DNA of 64,000 nucleotides, taken from the NCBI GenBank assembly GCA_963742665.1, contig CAVUNH010000020.1, forward strand, positions 22,188 to 86,187, in the 5' to 3' direction. Both the position numbers and the translations under genes were made by a program. Origin of the DNA: an uncultured Alphaproteobacteria bacterium (GTDB lineage: Bacteria; Pseudomonadota; Alphaproteobacteria; Rhizobiales; Xanthobacteraceae). A model generated the notes under the pieces. The model worked only from the letters and a program-made list of their open reading frames with translations. It had not been told where the DNA came from and did not search any database. This document shows, piece after piece, positions 10,899 through 21,333 of this stretch (position 1 is its first letter; each line of letters starts with the position of its first letter).

Positions 10899-10980
10899 GA
10901 CTTCTGCTTTGGGTCATTCGCTACCAGGTCGAGCCAACAGCAAGCCCGTCCAAGTCTGCTATGCCGCCAAAAGCGGTATC
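10899..10980. repeat. Paired imperfect-hairpin intergenic element, right of ORFan
   Basis: acttctgctttgggtcattcgctac and gtctgctatgccgccaaaagcggtat; same motif type and orientation as 10027-10112. Confidence 0.55.
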
Positions 10981-11082
10981 CGCGGTTTGACGACGCTGCG
11001 GTTTGTGCGAGGTTAGGCCGTCTTCCGGCCGGCCTCGATCCGATCGAGCGCGGCTCCCTCTATTGCACATGCGGAGAATGCA

Positions 11083-12253
11083 ATGCCCTTCGATTTGATC
11101 CTGCGCGGCGGCCGGGTGATTGACCCCTCCCAGAAGCTCGACGCCGTAACGGATGTCGGGTTTGCGAACGGCAAGGTGGCCGCGGTCGGAAGCGAACTCA
11201 AGGCCGATCCCGCAACCGATGTGCGCGACGTGTCGGGGTACATCGTCACCCCGGGCCTGATCGATCTGCACACCCATGTGTACTGGGGCGGCACCTCGCT
11301 CGGCATCGATGCCGAGGAATTCTGCCGCACCTCGGGCGTCACCACGGCGGTCGACACCGGCAGCGCGGGCCCGGGTAATTTCGCGGGCTTCCGCAAGCAC
11401 GTGATCGAGCCGAGCCAGGTCCGCATTCTCGCCTACCTGCATGTCTCGCATGCCGGCATCTTCGGCTTCTCGGATCGGGTCATGGTAGGCGAGAGCGAGG
11501 AGCTACGGCTGATGAATCCGATCGACGCCGCTAACGTGGCGGACGCAGAACCGCGATCTCATCGTCGGCATCAAGGTCCGGGTCGGCCTCCATGCCTCGG
11601 GCACGTCGGGCATCGTGCCGCTCGAGATCGCGCTTGAGGTCGCAGATCAGGTCGGCATGCCGCTGATGGCGCATATCGACCATCCACCGCCGAGCTACGA
11701 GGAGGTGCTCGCGCGCCTGCGTCCGGGCGACGTTCTCACCCACGCGTTCCGGCCGTTTCCCAATACGCCCGCCACCGCGCAGGGCACGGTGAAACGGGCG
11801 GTGCTGGAGGCGCGCGAACGCGGCGTGTTGTTCGACATCGGCCACGGCAAGGGCTCGTTCGCCTTCAAGACCGCACGCGCCATGCTCGCCAACGGCTTCT
11901 ACCCGGACACCATTTCCTCGGACGTTCACGCCCTCTGCATCGACGGCCCGGCCTTCGACCAGGTGACGACCATGTCCAAGTTCCTGTGCATGGGCATGCC
12001 GCTTTCGGATGTGGTCGCGGCTTCGACCGTCAATACGGCGATGGCGCTGCGGCGTCCCGAACTCGGCAGCCTCAAGCCGGGGAGCGTCGGCGACGCCACC
12101 TTGATCTCGATTCCGCAAGGCAAGTTCGATTATGTCGACGTCGTCGGCGAGCATTTGATCGGCGATCGCAAGATCGTGTCGGAAGGCGTGGTGATCGGCG
12201 GCCGTTGGTGGCACCCCAAACAAGCATTGAAATCCAAGCAACTCGCGAGCTAA
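11083..12253 (+). CDS. Dihydroorotase-like amidohydrolase/deacetylase, indel near 11548
   Basis: PGLIDLHTH (HxH), SGVTTAVDTGSAG, FDIGHGKGSF, PDTISSDVH. Confidence 0.85.
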
Positions 12254-12340
12254 GCTTGCTTTCAATCGACGATCGCCCGAAAGGTGATCTCTCGAACACG
12301 CTCGCTTCCATCCAATCCAGACGCCGCCAGGCGGCTGCGC

Positions 12341-12356
12341 TGGCATACCATTTGCA
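12341..12356 (+). promoter_or_regulatory. Sigma-54 -24/-12 promoter
   Basis: TGGCATACCATTTGCA has exact GG-N10-GC spacing, ~120 bp upstream of the ABC operon. Confidence 0.7.
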
Positions 12357-12473
12357 CGCAATTCAGGCTGACTAGCTTCGGCCGGACCGGCCCGTCTCGC
12401 TTCATTCGCCGCCGGACCATCGGTCAGCGACATAAACCGGGACGTCATCGCAGTTAAGAAACGGGAGAACGCA

Positions 12474-14078
12474 ATGCATCGCAGGACGCTGTTGAAGGGA
12501 TTGGCTGGGGTAGGTGGTTTGGCGGCAACCGGCGGCCTTTCCATGCCGGCGCTGTCTCAAGGCGCTTCGGCGCGCACCTTGCGCTTCGTGCCGCAGGCAA
12601 ACCTTGCGAATTTCGATCCGATCTGGGGAACCCAATATGTGGTGCGCAACGCCGCCGCGCTGGTGTGGGACACCCTCTATGGCGTCGACGACAAGCTGCA
12701 GCCGCAACGCCAGATGGTCGAGTCCGAGGAGGTGTCGGACGACGGGTTGGTCTGGACCTTCAAGCTGCGATCTGGCCTGAAATTCCATGACGGCGAACCG
12801 GTGCTGAGCAAGGACGTGGTGGCGAGTATTGCGCGCTGGTCGGCCCGCGACCCCATGGGCCTGATGCTCAAGGCAATCCAGAACGAGCTCGTCGCCGTCG
12901 ACGACAAGACCTTCAAATGGTCGCTGAAGCAGCCCTATCCGAAAATGCTGCTGGCGCTGGCCAAGAACAACGCGCCTTGCTCCTTCATCATGCCGGAGCG
13001 CCTGGCGCAGACCGATCCGTTCAAGCAGATCGGCGACTATATCGGCTCCGGCCCGATGAAATTCGTCAAGGGCGAGTGGGTGCCCGGCGCCAAGGCGGTG
13101 TTCGAGAAATTCGCCGATTACGTGCCGCGGCAGGAGAAGGCGTCCTGGCTTGCGGGCGGCAAGCGGATGCTGGTCGACCGCATCGAATGGGTGGTGATTC
13201 CGGATCCCGCTACGGCGGCGGCCGCGTTGCAGAATGGCGAGGTCGACTGGTGGGAGAATCCGATCTCCGATCTGGTGCCGACCCTCAGGAAGAACAAGAA
13301 CATCGACGTCGATATCGCTGATCCGCTTGGCAATATCGGTTCGTTCCGCATGAACCATCTGCATCCGCCCTTCAACAACGTGAAGGCCCGGCGGGCCGTG
13401 CTGATGGCGATGAGCCAGGAAGATTACATGCGCGCGGTGGTCGGCGACGACACCAAGCTATGGAAGCCAATACCGGGCTTCTTCACGCCGGATACGCCGC
13501 TTTACACCGAGGAGGGTGGCGATATCCTGAAGGGCAAGCGCGATTTCGATGCGGCCAAGAAGCTTCTGGCCGAGAGCGGCTATGCCGGCCAGCCGGTGAG
13601 CTGCATCGTGGCGCAGGATCAGCCGGTCACCAAGGCGCAAGGCGATGTCACCGCCGATCTGTTGAAGCGCCTGGGCATGAATGTCGACTTCGTCGCCACC
13701 GATTGGGGCACGGTCGGCTCCCGCCGCGCCCAAAAAACCCCTCCGGGGCAGGGCGGCTGGCAGATGTTCCACTCCTGGCACGCCGGCGCCGACTGCATCA
13801 ATCCCGCCGCCTACACCGCGATCCGCGCCAATGGCGACAAGGCCTGGTTCGGCTGGCCGGACAGCCCGAACGTGGAAAAGGAAGTCACGAACTGGTTCGA
13901 AGCCAAAAGTCTCGAGGACGAGAAGACGGTGGTCGGCCGCCTCAATCGGGCGGCGCTCGAGGACGTCGTGTATGCGCCGACGGGCTTCTTCCTGAGCTAC
14001 ACGGCGTGGCGCAAGAACGTCTCCGGGATCGCCAAGGGACCGCTGCCCTTCTTCTGGGATGTTTCGAAGACCGCATGA
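12474..14078 (+). CDS. ABC substrate-binding protein, family 5 (Tat signal)
   Basis: MHRRTLLK twin-Arg signal; FKLRSGLKFHDG; IGSGPMKF. Confidence 0.92.
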   Translation: MHRRTLLKGLAGVGGLAATGGLSMPALSQGASARTLRFVPQANLANFDPIWGTQYVVRNAAALVWDTLYGVDDKLQPQRQMVESEEVSDDGLVWTFKLRSGLKFHDGEPVLSKDVVASIARWSARDPMGLMLKAIQNELVAVDDKTFKWSLKQPYPKMLLALAKNNAPCSFIMPERLAQTDPFKQIGDYIGSGPMKFVKGEWVPGAKAVFEKFADYVPRQEKASWLAGGKRMLVDRIEWVVIPDPATAAAALQNGEVDWWENPISDLVPTLRKNKNIDVDIADPLGNIGSFRMNHLHPPFNNVKARRAVLMAMSQEDYMRAVVGDDTKLWKPIPGFFTPDTPLYTEEGGDILKGKRDFDAAKKLLAESGYAGQPVSCIVAQDQPVTKAQGDVTADLLKRLGMNVDFVATDWGTVGSRRAQKTPPGQGGWQMFHSWHAGADCINPAAYTAIRANGDKAWFGWPDSPNVEKEVTNWFEAKSLEDEKTVVGRLNRAALEDVVYAPTGFFLSYTAWRKNVSGIAKGPLPFFWDVSKTA

Positions 14079-14095
14079 CGGCGCGCTGAACCGAC

Positions 14096-15037
14096 ATGCT
14101 CTCGTATATCCTCCGGCGAATTCTCGCGACGTTGCCCGTGATGGGGATCGTCGCGCTGTTCGTCTTCAGTCTGCTCTACATCGCGCCGGGCGATCCGGCG
14201 GCGGTGATCGCCGGCGATCAGGCGAGCCCCGCCGACATTGAGCGGATTCGCCAGGGCCTCGGCCTCGACCGGCCATTTCTGGTCCAGTTCGGGTCCTGGC
14301 TCTGGCACATCGTGCACTTCGATCTCGGCACCTCGATCTTCACCAATCTGCCGGTCTCAGCCCTGATCGCGCAGCGTATCGAGCCGACACTTTCGCTGAT
14401 GGCGATTACCCTCGTCCTCACTCTCGTTATCGCCGTGCCGCTCGGCGTCGTGGCGGCGTGGAAGGCGGGAAGCTGGATCGACCGCACCATCATGGCATTT
14501 GCCGTGTTCGCCTTTTCGCTTCCGGTCTTCGTTGTTGGGTACGTCCTGGCCTACGTGTTCGCGCTGCAGTTCGAATGGCTTCCGGTGCAGGGCTACACGC
14601 CACTGACCGTGGGCTTCTGGCCATGGCTGCAGAACCTGATCCTGCCGGCGGTGGCGCTTGGCTCGGTCTACATCGCGCTGATCGCGCGCATCACGCGCGC
14701 CTCCATGCTCGAAGTGCTGCAGCAGGATTATGTCCGCACCGCCCGCGCCAAGGGCCTCGACCAGCGCAGCATCCTGTACGTTCACGCGCTGAAAAACGCC
14801 GCCGTTCCGATCGTGACGGTGATCGGCCTCGGCATCGCGCTGCTGATCGGCGGTGCGGTGGTGACCGAAAGCGTGTTCGCAATTCCCGGCCTTGGCCGGC
14901 TGACGATCGACGCGATCCTGCGCCGCGACTATCCGGTGATCCAGGGCATCGTGCTGCTGTTCAGCTTCCTCTATGTGCTGGTCAATCTGATGGTCGATAT
15001 CACCTATACCATCGTCGATCCGAGGATCCGCTATTGA
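14096..15037 (+). CDS. Peptide/nickel ABC permease (DppB-like)
   Basis: PGDPA, DYVRTARAKGL EAA loop, DPRIRY. Confidence 0.93.
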   Translation: MLSYILRRILATLPVMGIVALFVFSLLYIAPGDPAAVIAGDQASPADIERIRQGLGLDRPFLVQFGSWLWHIVHFDLGTSIFTNLPVSALIAQRIEPTLSLMAITLVLTLVIAVPLGVVAAWKAGSWIDRTIMAFAVFAFSLPVFVVGYVLAYVFALQFEWLPVQGYTPLTVGFWPWLQNLILPAVALGSVYIALIARITRASMLEVLQQDYVRTARAKGLDQRSILYVHALKNAAVPIVTVIGLGIALLIGGAVVTESVFAIPGLGRLTIDAILRRDYPVIQGIVLLFSFLYVLVNLMVDITYTIVDPRIRY

Positions 15038-15957
15038 CCGGCTCGATCACCCGCACCGTGCCGCTGCCGCCCGGCCTCGCTATCGCGCCGCAACTGCCGG
15101 ATTTGATGCTGCCGGTCAAGATCCGGCACGGTGTCCTCGGCTTCCTGCGCGGTCATCCGACGGTTGCGATCGGCGGCGCATTGCTGCTCTGTCTCGTCCT
15201 GGTCGGGATCTTCGCGCCCTGGCTCGGCACCGTCGATCCGACCGCGCTGGCGCCCGCCAAGCGTACACGCCCGCCTTCGGCGGATTTCTGGTTCGGCACC
15301 GACGCGCTCGGACGCGACATTTATTCGCGCGTGCTCTACGGGACGCGCGTCTCGCTCACGGTCGGCCTTTCGGTGGCGGTGCTGGCTTCGCTTGCCGGTC
15401 TTACGATCGGTCTCGTATCGGGTTTCGTGCGATGGGCTGACGGCGTCATCATGCGGTTCATGGACGGATTGATGTCGATCCCGCCGATCCTGCTTGCGGT
15501 CGCCCTGATGGCGTTGACGCGCGCCAGCGTCGGCAACGTCATCCTGGCGATCACGGTCGCCGAAATCCCGCGCGTCTCGCGTCTGGTGCGCAGCGTCGTG
15601 CTGTCGCTGCGCGAACAGCCCTATGTGGACGCCGCCACGGCCTCCGGCACGCGAACGCCGATGATCATCCTGCGCCACATCCTGCCCAACACGCTGGCGC
15701 CGATGCTGGTCCAGGCGACCTATATCTGTGCCAGCGCCATGATCGTGGAATCGATCCTCTCCTTCATCGGCGCCGGTACGCCGCCCACCATTCCGTCCTG
15801 GGGCAACATCATGGCCGAGGGCAGGGCGCTGTGGCAGGTCAAGCCCTTCATCGTGTTCTTCCCCGCAGCCTTCCTGTCGGTCACCGTGCTTGCCGTCAAC
15901 CTGCTCGGCGACGGCCTGCGCGATGCGCTCGATCCCCGCATGGCGAAGGAACTATAG
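15034..15957 (+). CDS. Peptide/nickel ABC permease (DppC-like)
   Basis: FGTDALGRDIYSR, RHILPN, GDGLRDALDP; the TTG start is inferred. Confidence 0.9.
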   Translation: MTGSITRTVPLPPGLAIAPQLPDLMLPVKIRHGVLGFLRGHPTVAIGGALLLCLVLVGIFAPWLGTVDPTALAPAKRTRPPSADFWFGTDALGRDIYSRVLYGTRVSLTVGLSVAVLASLAGLTIGLVSGFVRWADGVIMRFMDGLMSIPPILLAVALMALTRASVGNVILAITVAEIPRVSRLVRSVVLSLREQPYVDAATASGTRTPMIILRHILPNTLAPMLVQATYICASAMIVESILSFIGAGTPPTIPSWGNIMAEGRALWQVKPFIVFFPAAFLSVTVLAVNLLGDGLRDALDPRMAKEL

Positions 15958-15993
15958 TGCGCAGTGTAGTTTCAGGGACAGGGTTCTGATCCG

Positions 15994-16983
15994 ATGGCAT
16001 TGCTCGAAGTCGAGAGCCTGCAGACCCATTTCCGCACTCCCGAAGGCATCAACCGCGCCGTCGACGGCGTCTCCTTCCATGTCGGCGAAGGCGAGACGCT
16101 GGCCATCGTCGGCGAGTCCGGCTGCGGCAAGTCGGTCACCGCGATGTCGCTGATGCGGCTGATCCCCGAGCCTCCCGGCAAGATCGCAGGTTCGATCCGC
16201 TTCCAGGGAACGGATCTCTTGCGGCTGTCCGAGCGCGAGATGCGCGCCATCCGCGGCAACGACATTTCGATGATCTTCCAGGAGCCGATGTCGAGCCTCA
16301 ATCCGGTGCTGACCGTCGGCCGCCAGATCGGCGAGACGCTGCGGATGCATCAGGGGCTCGACAAGCAGGCCGCCGAGGCGCGCGCCATCGAGATGCTGAA
16401 TCTGGTCGGCATCCCCGAACCGGTGCGGCGCATCCGCGAATATCCGCATCAGCTTTCCGGCGGCATGCGGCAGCGGGTGATGATCGCGATGGCGCTTGCC
16501 TGCAATCCAAAACTCCTGATCGCGGACGAGCCGACCACGGCGCTCGACGTCACGATCCAGGCGCAGATCCTGCAATTGATGCTGGACCTCAAGCGCCGCG
16601 TCGGCGCGGCGATCATCCTGATCACCCACGATCTCGGCGTGGTCGCCGAAATCGCCGAGCGTGTCATGGTGATGTATGCCGGCCGCAAGGTCGAGGAAGC
16701 GCCGGTGGCTGAACTGTTCCGTTCGCCGCGTCATCCCTATACGCAGGGTCTGCTCGGCGCGGTGCCCAAGCTCGGCTCGTCGCTGACTGGCGCGGCGCGG
16801 CGTCTTGCCGAAATCCCGGGGCAGGTGCCGAGCCTCAAGCAGCGGATCGAGGGCTGCGTCTTTGCCGGGCGCTGTGCGCTCGCCACCGATCTCTGCCGCG
16901 AGGTCGCGCCCGGTCTCGAAGAGAAGGGCCCGCGCCATATCGCCGCCTGCCATTACGCGCCCAAGGAGGCGGCCGCGGCATGA
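15994..16983 (+). CDS. Oligopeptide ABC ATPase (DppD-like)
   Basis: [24 protein letters not shown]. Confidence 0.93.
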   Translation: MALLEVESLQTHFRTPEGINRAVDGVSFHVGEGETLAIVGESGCGKSVTAMSLMRLIPEPPGKIAGSIRFQGTDLLRLSEREMRAIRGNDISMIFQEPMSSLNPVLTVGRQIGETLRMHQGLDKQAAEARAIEMLNLVGIPEPVRRIREYPHQLSGGMRQRVMIAMALACNPKLLIADEPTTALDVTIQAQILQLMLDLKRRVGAAIILITHDLGVVAEIAERVMVMYAGRKVEEAPVAELFRSPRHPYTQGLLGAVPKLGSSLTGAARRLAEIPGQVPSLKQRIEGCVFAGRCALATDLCREVAPGLEEKGPRHIAACHYAPKEAAAA

Positions 16984-17975
16984 CGGTCCCGCTGCTCCAG
17001 GTCAACGATCTCAAGAAGCATTTTCCGGTCCGCGGCGGCCTGTTCCGGCGCAAGGCGCTGGTCTATGCGGTGGACGGCGTGTCCTTTGAGGTCGAGCGCG
17101 GCGAAACGTTGTCTCTGGTCGGCGAGTCCGGCTGCGGCAAGTCGACGGTCGGCCGCGCCATCCTGCGGTTGTTCGACATCACCGCCGGCCAGGTGGTGCT
17201 GGATGGCCAGCGCATCGACAACCTTTCTGCCTCGGGGCTGCGCAGCATGCGCCGCCGCGTGCAGGTGGTGTTCCAGGATCCGTTCTCCAGTCTCAACCCG
17301 CGCATGCGCGTGCGCGATATCCTGGCCGAGCCGATCCGCAATTTCGGCCTCGCCAAATCTTCCGCCGAACTCGAGGCGAAGGTCGCCGCGCTGATGGATA
17401 CCGTGCGCCTGCCGCGCGATGCGCTGGGCCGCCGGCCTCACGAATTCTCCGGCGGCCAGCGCCAGCGCATCGGTATCGCACGTGCGCTGGCGGCGGAGCC
17501 CGAACTGATCGTCTGCGACGAGGCAGTCTCGGCGCTCGACGTCTCGGTCAAGGCGCAGATCGTCAACCTGCTGCAGGATCTGCAGCGCGAGCTGGGGCTG
17601 GCGCTGCTCTTCATCAGCCATGATCTGGCGATCGTCGAGCACATGACGCACCGTGTCGCGGTCATGTATCTCGGCAAGATCGTCGAGATGGCGCCGAGGC
17701 AGCAAATCTTCGCAGCACCAAGGCATCCCTACACCAGGGCGCTGCTCTCGGCGGTGCCGGTGCCGGAGCCCGGGGCCATTCGCAACCCGATCATCCTGAA
17801 GGGCGACGTGCCGAGCCCGATCAATCCGCCGAGCGGATGCCGCTTCCATACCAGGTGTCCCTACGTGTTCGATCGCTGCCGGACCGAGGAGCCGGCGCTG
17901 CGGTCGACCGAAGCCGGTCAGTGGGTGGCGTGCCATCTCGATGCGTTGCCGGAACGGCCGGCCGCGTCTGCGTGA
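16980..17975 (+). CDS. Oligopeptide ABC ATPase (DppF-like)
   Basis: [26 protein letters not shown]. Confidence 0.93.
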   Translation: MTVPLLQVNDLKKHFPVRGGLFRRKALVYAVDGVSFEVERGETLSLVGESGCGKSTVGRAILRLFDITAGQVVLDGQRIDNLSASGLRSMRRRVQVVFQDPFSSLNPRMRVRDILAEPIRNFGLAKSSAELEAKVAALMDTVRLPRDALGRRPHEFSGGQRQRIGIARALAAEPELIVCDEAVSALDVSVKAQIVNLLQDLQRELGLALLFISHDLAIVEHMTHRVAVMYLGKIVEMAPRQQIFAAPRHPYTRALLSAVPVPEPGAIRNPIILKGDVPSPINPPSGCRFHTRCPYVFDRCRTEEPALRSTEAGQWVACHLDALPERPAASA

Positions 17976-18056
17976 TCTCTCGGTTAGCCAGCGCCCAGAT
18001 CTTGCGCTAGAATTTCTTGCGCTAGATTTGGACGGTCAACACAACAGAGGCCCAAC

Positions 18057-18695
18057 ATGCAGATCCGGCCAGGCAAGGATGATTTGCTGCTGATCATCGA
18101 TGTGCAGAACGACTTCTGCCCCGGCGGCGCGCTCGCGGTGGCGGACGGCGATGCCGTGGTGCCGGTCATCAATCGTCTCGCCGAACGCTTCGATCATGTC
18201 GTGCTGACGCAGGATTGGCATCCCTCCGGCCATAGCTCGTTCGCCACGTCGCATCCGGGAAAAAACCCCTTCGACAGCGTCGCCATGCCCTATGGCCAGC
18301 AAACGCTTTGGCCCGATCATTGCCGGCAGGGCACGGAAGGCGCGGCGTTTCATCCGAAACTTGAGATCGACCGGGCCGAGCTGATCATCCGCAAAGGTTT
18401 TCGGCCCGAGATCGATTCCTATTCGGCGTTTTTTGAGAACGACCGCCGCACGCCGACCGGTCTTGCGGGTTATTTGCGCGACCGCGGCTTGCGGCGGATT
18501 TTCATGGCCGGCTTAGCCACCGATTTTTGCGTGCATTATTCGGCCGTGGACGCCCGACGGCTCGGCTTCGACACCGTGCTGGTCGAGGCCGGTTGCCGGG
18601 CCATCGACCTGGCGGGCTCGCTCGACGCCGCCTGGGCGGGCATGGCCACGGCCGGCGTGAGCGCGTCGGCGATCTCTAAGGCGGATTGGCCCTGA
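18057..18695 (+). CDS. pncA: Nicotinamidase/pyrazinamidase
   Basis: DVQNDFCPGG, QDWHP, WPDHC, DSYSAF, GLATDFCV; the last few codons may be frameshifted. Confidence 0.92.
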   Translation: MQIRPGKDDLLLIIDVQNDFCPGGALAVADGDAVVPVINRLAERFDHVVLTQDWHPSGHSSFATSHPGKNPFDSVAMPYGQQTLWPDHCRQGTEGAAFHPKLEIDRAELIIRKGFRPEIDSYSAFFENDRRTPTGLAGYLRDRGLRRIFMAGLATDFCVHYSAVDARRLGFDTVLVEAGCRAIDLAGSLDAAWAGMATAGVSASAISKADWP

Positions 18696-18736
18696 TTTAT
18701 GGACTTTCCTTCTGTACTCACAGCGCGGCGCGATCC

Positions 18737-18782
18737 AAATCACGCCCCATTCTACTTTGCATGGGGTTGTTTTCGAAGTTTT
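18737..18782. repeat. Short palindromic intergenic repeat (ccccat..atggggttgttttcg)
   Basis: Hairpin ccccat-N10-atgggg; matches a recurrent Bradyrhizobium-type motif (recall). Confidence 0.45.
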
Positions 18783-18875
18783 GACGCGCCCGCGGATTGC
18801 AGCAACAAAAAGCCGCATGATATGCGAACGCACCATTTCGAGGGCGCCGTCCGGCGCTCCAACGGGCGTGTGGCG

Positions 18876-19806
18876 GTGATTGAAGTCGTTCTGGTTAGCT
18901 TGCCGATCTTTGGCGTTGTTCTGCTCGGTTGGGTGGCGACGCGCGCCGGTCTCACCGCTGCCGCTGCGTTGGACGCGCTTGGAATCTTCTCGTTCCGCTT
19001 TGCGGTCCCGGCCTTGCTGTTCCGGCTCATTGCCCGCCAGTCGCTCGATGATTCCTTCAACTGGACGTTCTATGGCGGCTATCTCGCCAGCGGGTTTTTG
19101 ATTTTCGTTCTTGTCTTCGGCGTCTCACTCGCTCTCAATCGACAAGCCGTCGCCACTGCCGGCGCTCGCGCCACAACGGCAACCTTCAGCAACCTTGGCT
19201 TCCTCGGTCCACCGCTGATATTGGCCTTCTTCGGCGAGCGGGGCGCGGGCCCCATGACCATGGTGATGCTTTCCGAATCCACGGTTCTGCTGTCGCTCGG
19301 AAGTACCATCATGGGCGTTTCCAGCGGCCGCGCGGCCGGTCTCGGCTCCCTTTTGCTCCGCGGCACGCTGTTCAATCCGATCGTCGTTGCGATCGGGCTT
19401 GGCGCCGCCGTTGCTGTGGCGGGTATCTCACTTCCTTCTCCGCTTGATCGCTTTCTCGGGTTTCTCGGGGGAGCGGCCGGACCGACCGCGTTGTTTGCAT
19501 TGGGCGGTGCGCTGGCTCTCCAACGCGTCGATCGCGCGACCGTCTTTTCGGCGGCCGCCATCTCCGCGGCAAAGCTTGCCGATTTACCCCATCGTCACCT
19601 GGTACGTGCTCGCCCGCGTGCTGGGCGTTGAAGCGTTCTGGACGCAAGCGGGCGTCCTGATCGCGGCGCTGCCGTCAGCCGGCAGCAACTACGTCCTGGC
19701 GCAGCGCTACGCCGCTGGCGCCGAACACATTTCGGCTGCGATCGTCCTTTCGACAGTGCTTAGCGCCGTCACGATCCCGTTCGTTGCATGGCTGGTACTC
19801 GGCTGA
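18876..19806 (+). CDS. AEC (auxin efflux carrier) family transporter, indel near 19581
   Basis: LPIFGVVLLG, FSNLGFLGPP, ALPSAGSNYVLAQRY; multiple transmembrane segments. Confidence 0.85.
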
Positions 19807-19834
19807 CAGCATCGCGAGCGAGCAACAGGCCGCC

Positions 19835-20579
19835 TCATACTCCCTGGGCCGGTTTGCGGGCGATGTGAATCGCGACGATGCCGAACGACAGGCGTTCATA
19901 GGCAACATCGATAAATCCCAGCTCCCTGATCTCCTCGGCAAACTGCGGCGCACCAGGAAAGTCGCGCACTCCAGACAGCAAATAGTGATAGGCCGACGCA
20001 TCACCGCCGGTCGCGATCCAGCCGACGATCGGCATGCACAGGCTCATATAGGCAAGATAAAGCCGGTGGACGAAGCGGACCGGAATTTCGGAGGCCTCAA
20101 GACAGATGAAGGTCCCGCCCGGCTTCAGCACGCGCCAGGCTTCGGTCAGGGCGCGCGTACGATCGCAGATCTTCATGCCCAGTGACATCGAATAGAGGCC
20201 GACGCTCGCGCTCGCCACCTCGGTCAGGCGGTGCGCGTCGTACACATTGAACTGCATCGCGCCAGCCAGCGGACCGGCGCGCCGCTGGGCGATCTCCAGC
20301 ATCGATGGGCAGATATCGGAGACAACGCAAGTCCGCCCCTGAGCGCCGAGGTTCTGGACGACGCGGAGCGCAATGTCGCCGGTGCCGGCGGCGACATCGA
20401 GCATATGATCCCACTGCTCGGCCAAAATGCGCTGCGCCATCCTGCGCTTCCAGAATTCGATGAATTCCAAGGCTGAAAAGGTCGCAAAGGACGTCGTAGC
20501 GCGATGCGATGCGGCTGAAGATGTCATCCCGCAGGGTATCGAAGGAGGCTGCGTTGGGTTTCTTCGGGCTATCGAGCAT
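19835..20579 (-). CDS. UbiE/MenG-family methyltransferase, indel near 20460
   Basis: FSRIASRYD..DLFSLGIH, LDVAAGTGD, RVLKPGG, AYHYL. Confidence 0.82.
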
Positions 20580-20730
20580 CGTCGCTCCCGTTTCATTGGA
20601 GGCTTCGCCGCCGCTGCTCTTAACATGCGAAATTCATCAACCCAACAAATCGTCAACAATGTTCGGCTGGGCGTCCAACTCGCTGGCGCCGCGACGTTCG
20701 CCATTGATCTGGCTTTCATCAGGACGATCG

Positions 20731-21333
20731 CTACGCGGACCGCGGCGTCCGGTTCGGCATTCCGCCGGCCGCGATGATTTCCGCGCACAGGATCTCGATC
20801 GTCGTGCGATGCCGCATCGCGGTCTGTCGAATAAGCGCAAACGCGTCCGTCTCCGACATATCGTGACCGCGCATGATCTGCAGAACGGCGGCGAACACGA
20901 CGCGCCGGGACCGGATGCGGTCCTCCAGCTTTTCGATGTGGGCGGCTTCATCGATCTTTCGCTGCGCTGAATCGAACGCAACCACCAGCGCGGTGTAAAG
21001 TCCGGCCGAACGCAGCGGCTTGACGAGAAACGACGCCGGCCGCAGATCGAGCAGCCACTTCAACCGGCTCGGCGTTTCCGTTCCGATCAGCGCGATGATC
21101 GGCACGTTGCCTTTCCACGCCGTGGCCTGGTCGGACTTGATGGGAATGGCGTCCGCATCCATCAGGATGACGTCGACGGCCTGGTTCGGCGGTGGCGGCG
21201 CGGCCGGATCGTGCTCCGATATCGTCATGCCGAGGCGGCCGAACTGGCGGCGCACGATCGAGATTTCGCGCTCATCTCTCATCACCATGAGAGCGCGACG
21301 GCCGCGAACGGAGAAGGGCGACGGTCTGGTCAT
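20731..21333 (-). CDS. amiR: AmiR-like ANTAR antitermination regulator
   Basis: Pseudo-receiver domain (IIALIGTETPS..LVKP) plus C-terminal ANTAR (DAFALIRQTAM); coupled to an AmiC-like gene. Confidence 0.8.
   Translation of the reverse strand: MTRPSPFSVRGRRALMVMRDEREISIVRRQFGRLGMTISEHDPAAPPPPNQAVDVILMDADAIPIKSDQATAWKGNVPIIALIGTETPSRLKWLLDLRPASFLVKPLRSAGLYTALVVAFDSAQRKIDEAAHIEKLEDRIRSRRVVFAAVLQIMRGHDMSETDAFALIRQTAMRHRTTIEILCAEIIAAGGMPNRTPRSA

Noticed and set aside
10027-10980. Classical integron attC sites
   Set aside because: There is no clear RYYYAAC..GTTRRRY core and no intI; kept only as an unexplained repeat-flanked cassette.
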